Notes: generated from the sequence alone by a model not told the origin. A DNA stretch of 64,000 nt from Candidatus Omnitrophota bacterium (GCA_041651035.1 JBAZKC010000004.1:8782-72781), one strand, 5' to 3'. Positions 8,876-17,982 are shown, numbered from the stretch's first letter. Program-made: numbers and translations.

Positions 8876-9814
8876 TTAATCAAACAATGAACTTACTGAT
8901 GCCTCGTTATGTATCCTTTTTATCGCTTCACCCAAAAGGTCGGCTACCGAAAGCACCTCGATCTTGGGATGCTTCTTGTCCGGCCCTAAAGGAATGGTGT
9001 CGGTAATAAATAACTTTTCTAAAGCTTTACATTTATCTACGCGTTCTATCGCCGGCCCCGATAAGACGCCGTGGGAGATCGCCGCCACTATACTCTTGGC
9101 CTTGGCTTTCTTTAATGTTTCAGCTGCCTCGATCAAAGAACTGCCCGTAGCGATAAGATCATCTACGATCAACACATCTTTTCCCTCTACTTCTCCGAGA
9201 ATATGCATTACCTCGGCTTTATCAGGCGAGAGCCGCCTTTTATCTATTATGGCCAGCCCCGCGGACATCCTTTTGGCATAGGCCCTGGCCATCTTTATAC
9301 TGCCTACATCCGGAGATACCACCGCTAAATTCTTATTATCTAATTTTGAAAAATAATCTACGAATATACCCACCGCGAATAGATGGTCTACGGGGATATC
9401 AAAAAAACCCTGGATCTGTCCGGCGTGCAGGTCCATGGTCAGGATCCTGTTCGCGCCGGCAACGGTCAAGAGGTTAGCTACTAATTTTGCCGTGATCGGC
9501 ACGCGGGGTTGGTCTTTCCTGTCCTGCCTGGCGTATCCAAAATAAGGTATCACCGCGGTAATGCGCTGCGCCGATGCCCTTTTTAAGGCATCGATCATGA
9601 TCAAGATCTCCATCAAGTTATCATTGGGAGGAAAACAAGTGGACTGGACCACAAAAATATCCTTGCCTCTTATGTTTTCATTGATCTTGACCCTTATCTC
9701 TCCATCACTAAACCTGCTTACAAACGCATCCGACAGGCTAACCTTAAGATATTTACAGATATCCCTGGCTAATTCAGGATGCGCGTTACCGCTAAACACC
9801 GCTATTTTATCCAT
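8876..9814 (-). CDS. prs: Ribose-phosphate pyrophosphokinase
   Basis: 312 aa. PRPP-binding motif DLHAGQIQGFFDIPVDHL... and VVSPDVGS; C-terminal ...DLIATGSS. Confidence 0.92.
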   Translation of the reverse strand: MDKIAVFSGNAHPELARDICKYLKVSLSDAFVSRFSDGEIRVKINENIRGKDIFVVQSTCFPPNDNLMEILIMIDALKRASAQRITAVIPYFGYARQDRKDQPRVPITAKLVANLLTVAGANRILTMDLHAGQIQGFFDIPVDHLFAVGIFVDYFSKLDNKNLAVVSPDVGSIKMARAYAKRMSAGLAIIDKRRLSPDKAEVMHILGEVEGKDVLIVDDLIATGSSLIEAAETLKKAKAKSIVAAISHGVLSGPAIERVDKCKALEKLFITDTIPLGPDKKHPKIEVLSVADLLGEAIKRIHNEASVSSLFD

Positions 9815-9824
9815 ATGCGCCTCT

Positions 9825-11078
9825 TTAAACCTTAATTACCCTGGCAGGGACTCCCGCCACGGTATTCTTATCTCCGACATTCTGATTTCTTAACACCACG
9901 CTTCCGGCGCCGGTAAGAGCGCCCCTGCCTATTCTTACAGGAGCAACCAATATAGTATCCGAACCGATAAACGCCTTATCCTTTATTATCGTAATATTCT
10001 TTTTCTTGCCGTCGAAATTCGCGGTGACAGTGCCGGCTCCGATATTGACTCCAGCGCCTATGCGGCTGTCTCCGAGATAGCAGAAGTGTTTGGCTATTGT
10101 CCCTGAGGAGATCTCTGAACGGACGACCTCTATAAAATTACCCACCAATACGCCGTCTTTTAAAGTGGCCCCTTCTCTTAAATGGACAAACGGCCCTACA
10201 GAACAACGCTTTCCAATTTTAACACCCCTTTCAATAACTGTAAAGGGATAAATCGTGGTATCCTGGCCTATCCGGGCGCCGTAACTTATAAAAACCGAAG
10301 CTGGATCAATGATAGTAACGCCTTCCCGCATCAGGCCCTCATTAATCCGTTTTTGCATGACCGCGCAAACCCTGGAAAGATCGATCCGCGAATTTACGCC
10401 TAAGGCCTCATCAATACCAGGAATCTTCACCCCGCCTATCAACTTCCCCGCTTTGTATAAAATACCTATTGTATCCGTAAGATAATATTCTTTCTTGCGG
10501 TTGTTAGGAGTTACGCGTTTTAAACCTGCTTCCAGGCTGTCCTTATTGAAACAAATAATGCCGGTGTTGACCTCTTTGATATCCTTCTGGAAATCGTCAC
10601 AATCTTTTTCTTCTATGATCCCGCAGATGCTGTAGTATTTGTCTCTTAATATCCTGCCATAGCCTAAAGGCTTATCCAGTTGGGCGGTTAACAGCGTGGC
10701 GTCCAGCTTATTTTCTATATGTTGTTTTAATAATTCGGTTATAGTGCTTTTCTTAAGTAACGGGTTATCGGCATAAAGTACCAATACCGTGCCTTTAAAA
10801 CCTTTTAAAGAGGGCAAGGCCGTCTTTACAGCGTCTGCCGTGCCTAAAAGCTTTTTCTGTATAACTACTTTTACCCCGGGGCCAAGTAGTTTCCTTACCG
10901 CGGCGTGTTTATGCCCTAAGACCACAACGGCCTTTTTTATCTTAAGGTCTTTAACCAGGTCCAGGATATATTCAAGCATCGGCCTTCCGCAAACAGGATA
11001 CAGGACCTTAGGGATATCGGATCTCATCCTCGTGCTTTTACCCGCCGCCAGTATTATAACCGCGATATTTTTCTTCAT
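9825..11078 (-). CDS. glmU: Bifunctional GlcNAc-1-P uridyltransferase / GlcN-1-P acetyltransferase GlmU
   Basis: Start taken at the internal ATG 11078 (MKKNIAVIILAAGKSTRM: nucleotidyltransferase motif). The C-terminal half is a hexapeptide-repeat acetyltransferase beta-helix. Confidence 0.88.
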   Translation of the reverse strand: MKKNIAVIILAAGKSTRMRSDIPKVLYPVCGRPMLEYILDLVKDLKIKKAVVVLGHKHAAVRKLLGPGVKVVIQKKLLGTADAVKTALPSLKGFKGTVLVLYADNPLLKKSTITELLKQHIENKLDATLLTAQLDKPLGYGRILRDKYYSICGIIEEKDCDDFQKDIKEVNTGIICFNKDSLEAGLKRVTPNNRKKEYYLTDTIGILYKAGKLIGGVKIPGIDEALGVNSRIDLSRVCAVMQKRINEGLMREGVTIIDPASVFISYGARIGQDTTIYPFTVIERGVKIGKRCSVGPFVHLREGATLKDGVLVGNFIEVVRSEISSGTIAKHFCYLGDSRIGAGVNIGAGTVTANFDGKKKNITIIKDKAFIGSDTILVAPVRIGRGALTGAGSVVLRNQNVGDKNTVAGVPARVIKV

Positions 11079-11115
11079 AAGTATTTTTCCGCCTATTAGT
11101 AACGCTGGAGCATAA

Positions 11116-11186
11116 TTGCCCGGTGAGGATTCGGACCTCAACAGTCAGACCCAAATTCTGATGTGCTACCATTACACTACCGGGCA
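11116..11186 (-). tRNA. Probable tRNA-Gln (anticodon UUG), 71 nt, no CCA encoded
   Basis: Minus strand reads TGCCCGG TA GTGT AATGGTA GCAC A TCAGA ATTTGGG TCTGA CTGT TGAGG TCCGAAT CCTCA CCGGGCA A. It folds as a cloverleaf: 7-bp acceptor with a U1-A72 pair (as in bacterial tRNA-Gln), U8, A14, G18G19, A21, a perfect 5-bp anticodon stem, U33, anticodon TTG, a 5-bp T-stem with G53/C61, and T54/C56/A58. Atypical positions are A32, G37, C55 and a 4-nt variable loop. Confidence 0.5.
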
Positions 11187-11194
11187 GATCTAAT

Positions 11195-11599
11195 TTAGAT
11201 CAAAGAGCCCGCAGATACGCCCCTGGCTTTTTCTTGTTCGTATGCCTCTAAGACTCTTTTCTGCAGATATTCCCTGAATGACTGCGTTATGGGATGGGAT
11301 ATATCTTTGTGCTCTAACTGGGATGCCCCCGCTGCTTCCTGATTCACCGGATGCGGCGCTAAAGGCAACTGCCCGCCGCATTGATTGCAATATTTACTGC
11401 GCAGTTCGTTCTTAAAACCGCACTTCGGGCAAGGCTGTTTTATTTTTCTGGAAGGCATGGCTATAAATAATCCGCTCGTGCCTTCTATTACTTTTATATT
11501 CCTTACCACAAAAACATTATCAAAAGTTACCGCCGCGTACGCCCTTAATTTCTTATCGGGAGATTCCCTCAAGACTACCCTGACCTCCGTTATCTCCAT
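11195..11599 (-). CDS. spoVG: Septation protein SpoVG with an inserted zinc-ribbon
   Basis: N-terminus MEITEVRVVLRESPDKKLRAYAAVTFDNVFVVRNIKVIEGTSGLFIAMPSRK and C-terminus ...ISHPITQSFREYLQKRVLEAY match SpoVG. Between them is a ~35-aa insert containing CPKCGFKNELRSKYCNQCG (CxxC...CxxC). Confidence 0.8.
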   Translation of the reverse strand: MEITEVRVVLRESPDKKLRAYAAVTFDNVFVVRNIKVIEGTSGLFIAMPSRKIKQPCPKCGFKNELRSKYCNQCGGQLPLAPHPVNQEAAGASQLEHKDISHPITQSFREYLQKRVLEAYEQEKARGVSAGSLI

Positions 11600-11640
11600 A
11601 TTTTCCCTCCCTGCTGCAGTCAGGCTCGGCTGCTCTTACC

Positions 11641-12519
11641 TTAGAATGTCCTTGTGGCAAAAATACGCCAAGATCTATCTTCTTTTTTAAGTTTTCTACT
11701 CAAAGATACGGCTTCTTTTTTTGAAGGAACAATCCCGAATACTGCCGGACCGCTTCCGGACATTAAGGTTTTTCGCAAGCCTAAATCAGCGAGCTTTTCT
11801 TTAACGCGCCTTACCTCAGGATGTAATCTGATAGTAAGGCTTTCTAAGCTGTTAAATAACAACCCGCTGCTTAAGGAAGGGCCTTTTGCTTCCAAGGCCA
11901 GGATTAGTATATTAACATCGTATTGCGGTTTTGTCAACCCCGCGCCTTTACGATATTGTTTATCCCATTCTTTGTAAATAAGGGGGGTAGAAACCTTTAT
12001 TTTGGGCACAACCAGTATGTGCCAAAGAGGCGCGCGCCTTATCCCCTTTAATAGCCTTATTTTTTCTCCGCGGCCATTTCCCTGCCCGAAAGACGCGTTA
12101 TAAACGAAAAACGGCACATCGCTTCCTATCATCCCGGCTAACCCGGCAAGCTTCTTCTGGCAGAGGCGGAGTTTCCAAAGCTTATTTAAACCCAGGAGCA
12201 CGGCCGCCGCGTTGCTTGAGCCTCCGCCTAAGCCGCTGCCCACGGGGATGCGCTTTATTATCTTGATATCCAGGCCCGTCTTGATATTAAACCGCTCCCG
12301 CAGCGATTCAGCGGCACGACAACAAAGGTTAGTTTTATCTTTCGGGACATCGGGATCCGCGCATATAATGTTTATTATTTTATCCGGGCGGGGCTTTAAG
12401 ATTATTTTATCGGAAAGGTCTATTCTCTCAAAAACAGTCTTTATGTTATGGTAATTATCTTTGCGTTTATTCAGGACTTCCAGGTACAGGTTTAATTTAG
12501 CGCGGGAAAAAAGGACCAA
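11641..12519 (-). CDS. ispE: 4-diphosphocytidyl-2-C-methyl-D-erythritol kinase IspE (GHMP kinase)
   Basis: GHMP motif PVGSGLGGGSSNAAAVLLGLNKLW. Position is ispE-spoVG, as in Firmicutes. Confidence 0.85.
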   Translation of the reverse strand: MVLFSRAKLNLYLEVLNKRKDNYHNIKTVFERIDLSDKIILKPRPDKIINIICADPDVPKDKTNLCCRAAESLRERFNIKTGLDIKIIKRIPVGSGLGGGSSNAAAVLLGLNKLWKLRLCQKKLAGLAGMIGSDVPFFVYNASFGQGNGRGEKIRLLKGIRRAPLWHILVVPKIKVSTPLIYKEWDKQYRKGAGLTKPQYDVNILILALEAKGPSLSSGLLFNSLESLTIRLHPEVRRVKEKLADLGLRKTLMSGSGPAVFGIVPSKKEAVSLSRKLKKEDRSWRIFATRTF

Positions 12520-12521
12520 CT

Positions 12522-13457
12522 TTACTTCCTCAACAGCAGGTTCGCTGCTTTCTCGATATCCTGGCTTGTAAGATTATACTCTTTTAAGAGGTCAGCGGAC
12601 TCTCCTGACTGGCCGAATCTATTCTTTATGCCCAGGCAAAGCACCTTTACGGGATGATTCTCCGCTACTACTTCCTGGACGCTGGAAGACAACCCTCCTG
12701 CCAAGGTATGTTCCTCGCATACGACAATACCGCCTGTTTCTTGAGCTGCTTTTAATATTGCTTCACTGTCTAAGGGCTTGATAGTATGCATATTGATCAG
12801 GCGCGCTTTTATTCCTTTTTTTAAAAGGCCCTCTACCGCGACAAGCGCCTCAGATACCATGATCCCGCAGGCGATAATAGCGATATCATCGCCAGAGGTT
12901 AAAACCTGGGCCTTACCCAGTTTGAATTCCCCTTTATTCTCTATGGTAGGCACTTTGGACCTGCCCAGCCTGATATAAAACGGCCCTTTGGTATTCGCGC
13001 AGGCCAGGACGGCATCCCTTGTCTGCGGGCCGTCGCAGGGAACGATTATATTCATATTGGGGATAACGCGCATAAGCGCGATATCTTCCAGCGCCTGATG
13101 GCTGGCGCCATCAGGGCCCACACTAATGCCGGCATGCGAAGCGACTATTTTAACATTAAAATTATTATAACAGATGGAATTCCTGACCTGCTCCCAGGCC
13201 CTGCCGGTAGCAAACATGGCAAAAGTGGATACAAAAACTATTTTACCGCAGCTGGCCAGGCCGGCGGAAACTGCCATCATATTCTGTTCAGCTACTCCAA
13301 AGTTAAAGAACCTTTCGGGGAATTCTTTGGCAAATAACCTGGTGCGCGTTGAACCGGATAAATCCGCGTCCAACACAAGTATATCTCTGTTCTGCCTGCC
13401 TAACTCTACAAGCGTCTGGCCGTATATGTCGCGTTGATAAAACTGCTCTGGTTTCAT
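12522..13457 (-). CDS. Transketolase, C-terminal subunit (pyrimidine-binding and C-terminal domains)
   Basis: 311 aa. ...FGVAEQNMMAVSAGLA... and IVASHAGISVGPDGASHQALEDIALMRVIPNMNIIVPCD. Split two-gene transketolase. Confidence 0.88.
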   Translation of the reverse strand: MKPEQFYQRDIYGQTLVELGRQNRDILVLDADLSGSTRTRLFAKEFPERFFNFGVAEQNMMAVSAGLASCGKIVFVSTFAMFATGRAWEQVRNSICYNNFNVKIVASHAGISVGPDGASHQALEDIALMRVIPNMNIIVPCDGPQTRDAVLACANTKGPFYIRLGRSKVPTIENKGEFKLGKAQVLTSGDDIAIIACGIMVSEALVAVEGLLKKGIKARLINMHTIKPLDSEAILKAAQETGGIVVCEEHTLAGGLSSSVQEVVAENHPVKVLCLGIKNRFGQSGESADLLKEYNLTSQDIEKAANLLLRK

Positions 13458-14275
13458 TCTAACTCTTTCAGCGCTTTTTCCGCTTCTTCTTTTGTGGGAG
13501 CCACACCATGGAAATCAACCACATTCTCCATAAAAGAAACACCTTTGCCTTTTATAGTGTGGGCGATGATTATACTGGGTTTGCCTTTTATAGCCTTTGC
13601 CTCTTCATAAGCTGCCAGTATCTCGCTTATACTGTGCCCGTCTATTTCTATAGTATGCCAGCCGAATGCCTGCCATTTGGCTGTTAAAGGTTCTAAGCTC
13701 ATGATATCTTTGATCTTTCCGTCGATCTGGAATCCGTTATAATCCAATATCGCGCATAAATTGTCGCATTTATAATGAGCGGAGGCCATAGCCGCTTCCC
13801 AGATATTGCCTTCCTGTATCTCGCCGTCGCCCAAAAGCACATAGACACGGTAATCTTTCTGGTCTATTTTTCCTGCCAGGCTCATGCCCAGGCCTATAGA
13901 TAAACCCTGGCCCAGGGATCCCGAGGCGACACTAACCCCTGGCGTGCGCCTATCCGGATGCCCCTGTAAAATAGAGCCTAACTGCCTTAATGTCCAAAGC
14001 TTCTCCTCGGGAAAATATCCCGTTTCAGCTAACAGCGCATACCATAAAGGGCAGCAATGGCCTTTGGACATATGAAATCTGTCGCGGTCAGCCCAGTCAG
14101 GGTCTTTAGGATTATGGCGCAATACCGTAAAGAACAAAACAGTGATCAGGTCAGTAGACGACAGGCTTCCGCCGGGATGGCCTGATCCGGCCTTGGCAAG
14201 CATCCGTATGATCAATCTTCTAGCCTGCCTTGCCTTATCTTTTAATTCTTTGATCTGGGTTTCGGTATATGCCAT
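13454..14275 (-). CDS. Transketolase, N-terminal subunit (TPP-binding)
   Basis: 273 aa. GSGHPGGSLS..., GHCCPLWYALL..., VLLGDGEIQEGNIWEA. Overlaps the C-terminal subunit gene by 4 nt. Confidence 0.88.
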   Translation of the reverse strand: MAYTETQIKELKDKARQARRLIIRMLAKAGSGHPGGSLSSTDLITVLFFTVLRHNPKDPDWADRDRFHMSKGHCCPLWYALLAETGYFPEEKLWTLRQLGSILQGHPDRRTPGVSVASGSLGQGLSIGLGMSLAGKIDQKDYRVYVLLGDGEIQEGNIWEAAMASAHYKCDNLCAILDYNGFQIDGKIKDIMSLEPLTAKWQAFGWHTIEIDGHSISEILAAYEEAKAIKGKPSIIIAHTIKGKGVSFMENVVDFHGVAPTKEEAEKALKELE

Positions 14276-15285
14276 TATTTATTCAATTTATCTAATTTCT
14301 CTTTAACGTCTTTCTGTCCCGGATCTAATTTTAAGGACTTCTGCCAGCTCTGTTTTGCCTTTTCGATCTCGCCAGCCTTTACTTGGGCGTCTCCCAAGTG
14401 ATCATAGATAACCGGATCCTCCAGCAAAGAGCTTGCCTTTTCCAATTCCTTTAATGCTTCCTTGAATCTGCCCTTCTTGAAATAAAGCCAGCCCAGGCTG
14501 TCAATATACGCTCCGCTGCCAGGATCTATGGTTAAGGCTTTCTTGATCATAACCTCTGCCTGCGCGAGATTCCTGTTTTCTTCAACGTATAGGTACCCTA
14601 AAAAATTCAGCGCTTCATCATAATCGGGCTTTAATTTCAGGGCGCGCCTTAGTTCTTTTTCCGTTAAGCCCCTGTTCTTTAATTCGTTATATATACTGCC
14701 TAAATAAAAATGCGCCTGCGCGTCATTGTCAGATAGATCTATTATTGTTTTATATACCTGCTCCGCCTCTTTGAATTTTTTCTGCTCCAGGTATATCTGG
14801 CCTAAGCTTTTATAAATGTCTATGTTCTTGGGCTGAAGCTTAGAAGCGCCTTTAAGCGCTGTTTCATACTCGCTGGTAGCTAAATCGAGCTTATTCTGCG
14901 AGAAATACAAAAGGGCTAATATAGTGTGCGGCTCTATTGCTTCGGGGTCAAGGCTTACCGCGAGTTTCAACTCTTCGATTGCCTTATGGGTGTCGTTCTT
15001 CCTTATAAAATTAGAAGCCAGGTGTAAACGGACAAGCAGATTTTCGTGGTCTTCTTTTAAGGACTTGCTGAATTCCTCGATAGCCGTATCTATATCACCG
15101 AGATCTTCATACATTACTCCCATGATATAGTGGCTTAACGCAATAGATGTATTCTTATCTAAGGCAAGGGCTTTTGTATTTATGAACACCAGCGCCACCA
15201 GGCAAAAACACAGGCACCGGATAAACTTCTTAAGCTCGAAAGCCATAATATCCAGTAAATTAAATACGGCCCAGGCCATACCCAC
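14275..15285 (-). CDS. TPR-repeat protein with N-terminal membrane anchor or signal peptide
   Basis: Hydrophobic N-terminal segment followed by about 8 tetratricopeptide-like repeats (...ALxxxPxxxxAxxxLGxxY...). Function not inferable. Confidence 0.6.
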   Translation of the reverse strand: MGMAWAVFNLLDIMAFELKKFIRCLCFCLVALVFINTKALALDKNTSIALSHYIMGVMYEDLGDIDTAIEEFSKSLKEDHENLLVRLHLASNFIRKNDTHKAIEELKLAVSLDPEAIEPHTILALLYFSQNKLDLATSEYETALKGASKLQPKNIDIYKSLGQIYLEQKKFKEAEQVYKTIIDLSDNDAQAHFYLGSIYNELKNRGLTEKELRRALKLKPDYDEALNFLGYLYVEENRNLAQAEVMIKKALTIDPGSGAYIDSLGWLYFKKGRFKEALKELEKASSLLEDPVIYDHLGDAQVKAGEIEKAKQSWQKSLKLDPGQKDVKEKLDKLNK

Positions 15286-15335
15286 AATCCAGAAACGCCT
15301 TCGTAAACGCGCCTTGGCTTTTTCAGCCAGGGCGT

Positions 15336-15437
15336 TTAACCCCAGGCTCTCTTCTTTAAGTGGCGAAGACGACGACGCATCTTCTTCCTTTTGTGGGTCT
15401 TAATCTTCTGTCTTTTTCTCTTCTTGCCGCAAGGCAT
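15336..15437 (-). CDS. Tiny arginine/lysine-rich protein, bS22/mS38-like (33 aa)
   Basis: Not in the ORF track (<60 aa). The minus strand encodes MPCGKKRKRQKIKTHKRKKMRRRLRHLKKRAWG followed by a stop. AGGAGA lies 8 nt upstream of the ATG. The composition and motif pattern (KKRKR..KxHKRKK.RRR.R..K) resemble mycobacterial/Bacteroidetes ribosomal protein bS22 and the mitochondrial mS38 (AURKAIP1) family. Confidence 0.5.
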   Translation of the reverse strand: MPCGKKRKRQKIKTHKRKKMRRRLRHLKKRAWG

Positions 15438-15472
15438 ATCCACGTCTCCTGATGTAACACTTGCCCTATCCG

Positions 15473-16363
15473 CTAATAAATCACCTTATTCAAAGGATAT
15501 TCGATGATCCCTTGAGCGCCCGCTTTCTTTAATTTAGGGATCAACAGGCGCACAATTTTCTCGTCAATTATTGTCTCGATCGCGAACCACCCGTCTTCCG
15601 AAAGGCCTGAAATAGTCGGCTTCTTTAATGCCGGCAGCAGCGAAGTCACCTTCTTAAGGTCGGGCTTTCTAACATTCATCTTTAAACCTACCTTTTCTTC
15701 CGCCTCGATAGCTCCTTTTAAAAGAAGAGCTACCTGCTCCATCTTAGCCCTCTTCCAGCTGTCTTTATAAGCATTCTTGTTTGCGATAAATTGAGTGGTT
15801 GATTCGCAGAGAGTAGCGATCTCTATTAATTTATTCGCTTTCAGGCTACTGCCGGTCTCGGTTAATTCTACGATAGCGTCTACCAGGCCGGCGCTTACCT
15901 TAACTTCAGTTGCCCCCCAGCTGAACTCCACCTCTACATCTATTTTATTCCTACGGAAATAATCCTTGGTCACGTTGATCAGTTCAGTAGCGACGCGTTT
16001 GCCCTGAAGGCTCTTAATAGACTTTAACCCCGAATCCTGAGGCACAGCCAGGACCCATCTTACCTTATTCAGGCTCTGTTTGGCATACGCTAAGTCCGTT
16101 ATCCTTACGCAATCTGACCCGTTTTCCAGTATCCAGTCATTGCCGGTGATACCGCAATCCAAAGCTCCGTCCTCTACGTATCTGGACATCTCCTGGGCGC
16201 GCAACAAAACCAGATCGATATCAGGGTCATCTATCGACGGAAAATATGAACGCTCGCTGGATAAAGAAAGATTAAAACCCGCCTTTTTAAACATCTTAAA
16301 GGTGGCCTCTTGAAGGCTGCCTTTGGGTAAACCTAATTTCAACGCCTTATTTTTCATCTTCAT
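15473..16363 (-). CDS. hisG: ATP phosphoribosyltransferase, long form with C-terminal regulatory domain
   Basis: 296 aa. [14 protein letters not shown]..., [25 protein letters not shown]..., and a C-terminal HisG_C regulatory domain. Confidence 0.9.
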   Translation of the reverse strand: MKMKNKALKLGLPKGSLQEATFKMFKKAGFNLSLSSERSYFPSIDDPDIDLVLLRAQEMSRYVEDGALDCGITGNDWILENGSDCVRITDLAYAKQSLNKVRWVLAVPQDSGLKSIKSLQGKRVATELINVTKDYFRRNKIDVEVEFSWGATEVKVSAGLVDAIVELTETGSSLKANKLIEIATLCESTTQFIANKNAYKDSWKRAKMEQVALLLKGAIEAEEKVGLKMNVRKPDLKKVTSLLPALKKPTISGLSEDGWFAIETIIDEKIVRLLIPKLKKAGAQGIIEYPLNKVIY

Positions 16364-16415
16364 CTATCCTTTATCTAATATCTGATTTTTAAGGAATTAT
16401 CCGACATGGGCATTT

Positions 16416-16444
16416 ATTATACCCAGTTAATAATATTTTGTAAA
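16416..16444 (-). promoter_or_regulatory. Predicted sigma70 promoter for hisG (TTTACA-17-TATAAT on the minus strand)
   Basis: Minus strand reads TTTACAaaatattattaactgggTATAAT about 55 nt upstream of the hisG ATG. Sequence-based prediction only. Confidence 0.45.
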
Positions 16445-16463
16445 GGAAAAAAACAAGCCAAAA

Positions 16464-16497
16464 GGGACACCCTCAGCTTTGGCAGATTGGGTGTCCC
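16464..16497. other. Perfect 9-bp inverted repeat GGGACACCC-N16-GGGTGTCCC flanked by an A-tract and a T-tract, in the divergent hisG/ppiD intergenic region
   Basis: Seen directly in the sequence. It is symmetric (A-rich 5', T-rich 3'), so it would form a terminator-like hairpin on either strand. It lies between the two divergent predicted promoters. Confidence 0.5.
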
Positions 16498-16565
16498 TGA
16501 CCTGATTTGTTTTTAATTGCAATATCTGTATTTTGAATTATAATGAAGTTTCAAAAGGAGACGTT

Positions 16566-17972
16566 ATGCTTAAGATGCTGCGCAACAAAAAAACCGCTAA
16601 GAAGGTATGGATCGTGCTGGCGATATTAATTGTCCCTGCGTTTGTGCTCTGGGGATCAGGAAGCCTGATACAGAACCAGAGGGAAGCCGCCTATACAGGA
16701 AAGATATTCGGCAGGAATGTGTCCTTCTTAGAATATAAAGACGCCTTGGATGCGGTGAGAAACCAGGCGATTATGCAATTTGGGGAAAGTTTTTCCGAAG
16801 TGCAAAAAACTCTTAATTTAGAACTCCAGGCCCAAATAAGGGTCGTGCTGCTGTCTGAGGCAAAAAAACGCAAAATAACCGTAAGCGATAAAGAAATTGT
16901 AGAGCTGCTGGAGAGCTACCCCTTCTTTCAGCGTAACGGCCAATTTGACAACCGGCTGTATTCCGAAACCCTCAAATATATCTTCCACGCGCAGCCGCGC
17001 GCCTTTGAAGAACAGACCCGCCAGAACATTATGATATCCAAACTCTATAAGCGGGTTACCGACGGCGTAGAAACAACTGAAGAAGAGATCAAAAAAGAAT
17101 ACCGAAAAACGCATGAAGAAATAAGCCTTTACTACGCCTCTACCACCCCTTCCGACTTCACAAAAGACTTAAACCCCTCCGAAGAAGACCTGAAAAGCTA
17201 TTTTGCCGCCAACTCCCTGCAATTCAAACAACCCGTCTCTTTTAATGTGGAATATATTGCCTTGGAGTCCGGGGATAAAATACAAGAAGTTATCTTGCAC
17301 CTGAGCAAAAGAACAAGCCTCAATAAGATCGCCGAAGGCCTGGGTGTTACCTTAAAAGAAACCGGGTTATTCGCGCAAACAGACCCTATCCCCGGGATCG
17401 GTTGGTCGCCGGAAATATCCAATTTGATAGCCAAACTAAAACCGGGGCAATGCAGCCCTCCGATACAAATGGATAAGTATTACTATATTTTAAGGCTTAA
17501 AGAAATAAAAGAAGCCTTTATACCGGAATTTGAAGGGATAAAAGATAAGGTAAGGGAAATGCTTATTAAAGACATCTCCGAGAAATCAGCGAGAAGTAAA
17601 ATGGAAGAATGCCTGGCGAAATTAAAAGAATCTTACCGCCTAGACCCGAAATCAGCTGATTTCGGGAAGATCGTAAAGGAATGCGGGCTAAAAGTTAATT
17701 CCACGGATTACTTTAAATACGGCAGTTACATAGAAGGTATCGGGGCCTCAGATACTCTTTGGATGGAAGCCCTGGAGTTGAAAGAAGACGGGTTCAGCGG
17801 CATAATCAATATGCCTTCCGGTTTTTATATTATTAAAATTAAAAGCAGGAATGCCATAGACGAAAAGAAATACACGGGCGAAAAAGCGGATTTCAGCAAG
17901 CGGGCGCTCTTGGAAAAGAAACAGGAATATTTTACTAAATTTATAGAGGAATTAAAAAGAAGGGGCCGATAA
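16566..17972 (+). CDS. Membrane-anchored periplasmic chaperone, PpiD-like (SurA N-terminal domain; rotamase-like C-terminal region)
   Basis: Start placed at ATG 16566 (AAAGGAG 5 nt upstream; the track ORF starts at TTG 16533). N-terminal TM helix KKVWIVLAILIVPAFVLWGSG, then a SurA_N-like chaperone domain. Predicted TTGCAA-16-TATAAT promoter at 16517-16544. Confidence 0.6.
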   Translation: MLKMLRNKKTAKKVWIVLAILIVPAFVLWGSGSLIQNQREAAYTGKIFGRNVSFLEYKDALDAVRNQAIMQFGESFSEVQKTLNLELQAQIRVVLLSEAKKRKITVSDKEIVELLESYPFFQRNGQFDNRLYSETLKYIFHAQPRAFEEQTRQNIMISKLYKRVTDGVETTEEEIKKEYRKTHEEISLYYASTTPSDFTKDLNPSEEDLKSYFAANSLQFKQPVSFNVEYIALESGDKIQEVILHLSKRTSLNKIAEGLGVTLKETGLFAQTDPIPGIGWSPEISNLIAKLKPGQCSPPIQMDKYYYILRLKEIKEAFIPEFEGIKDKVREMLIKDISEKSARSKMEECLAKLKESYRLDPKSADFGKIVKECGLKVNSTDYFKYGSYIEGIGASDTLWMEALELKEDGFSGIINMPSGFYIIKIKSRNAIDEKKYTGEKADFSKRALLEKKQEYFTKFIEELKRRGR

Positions 17973-17982
17973 CTCCGCCGGT

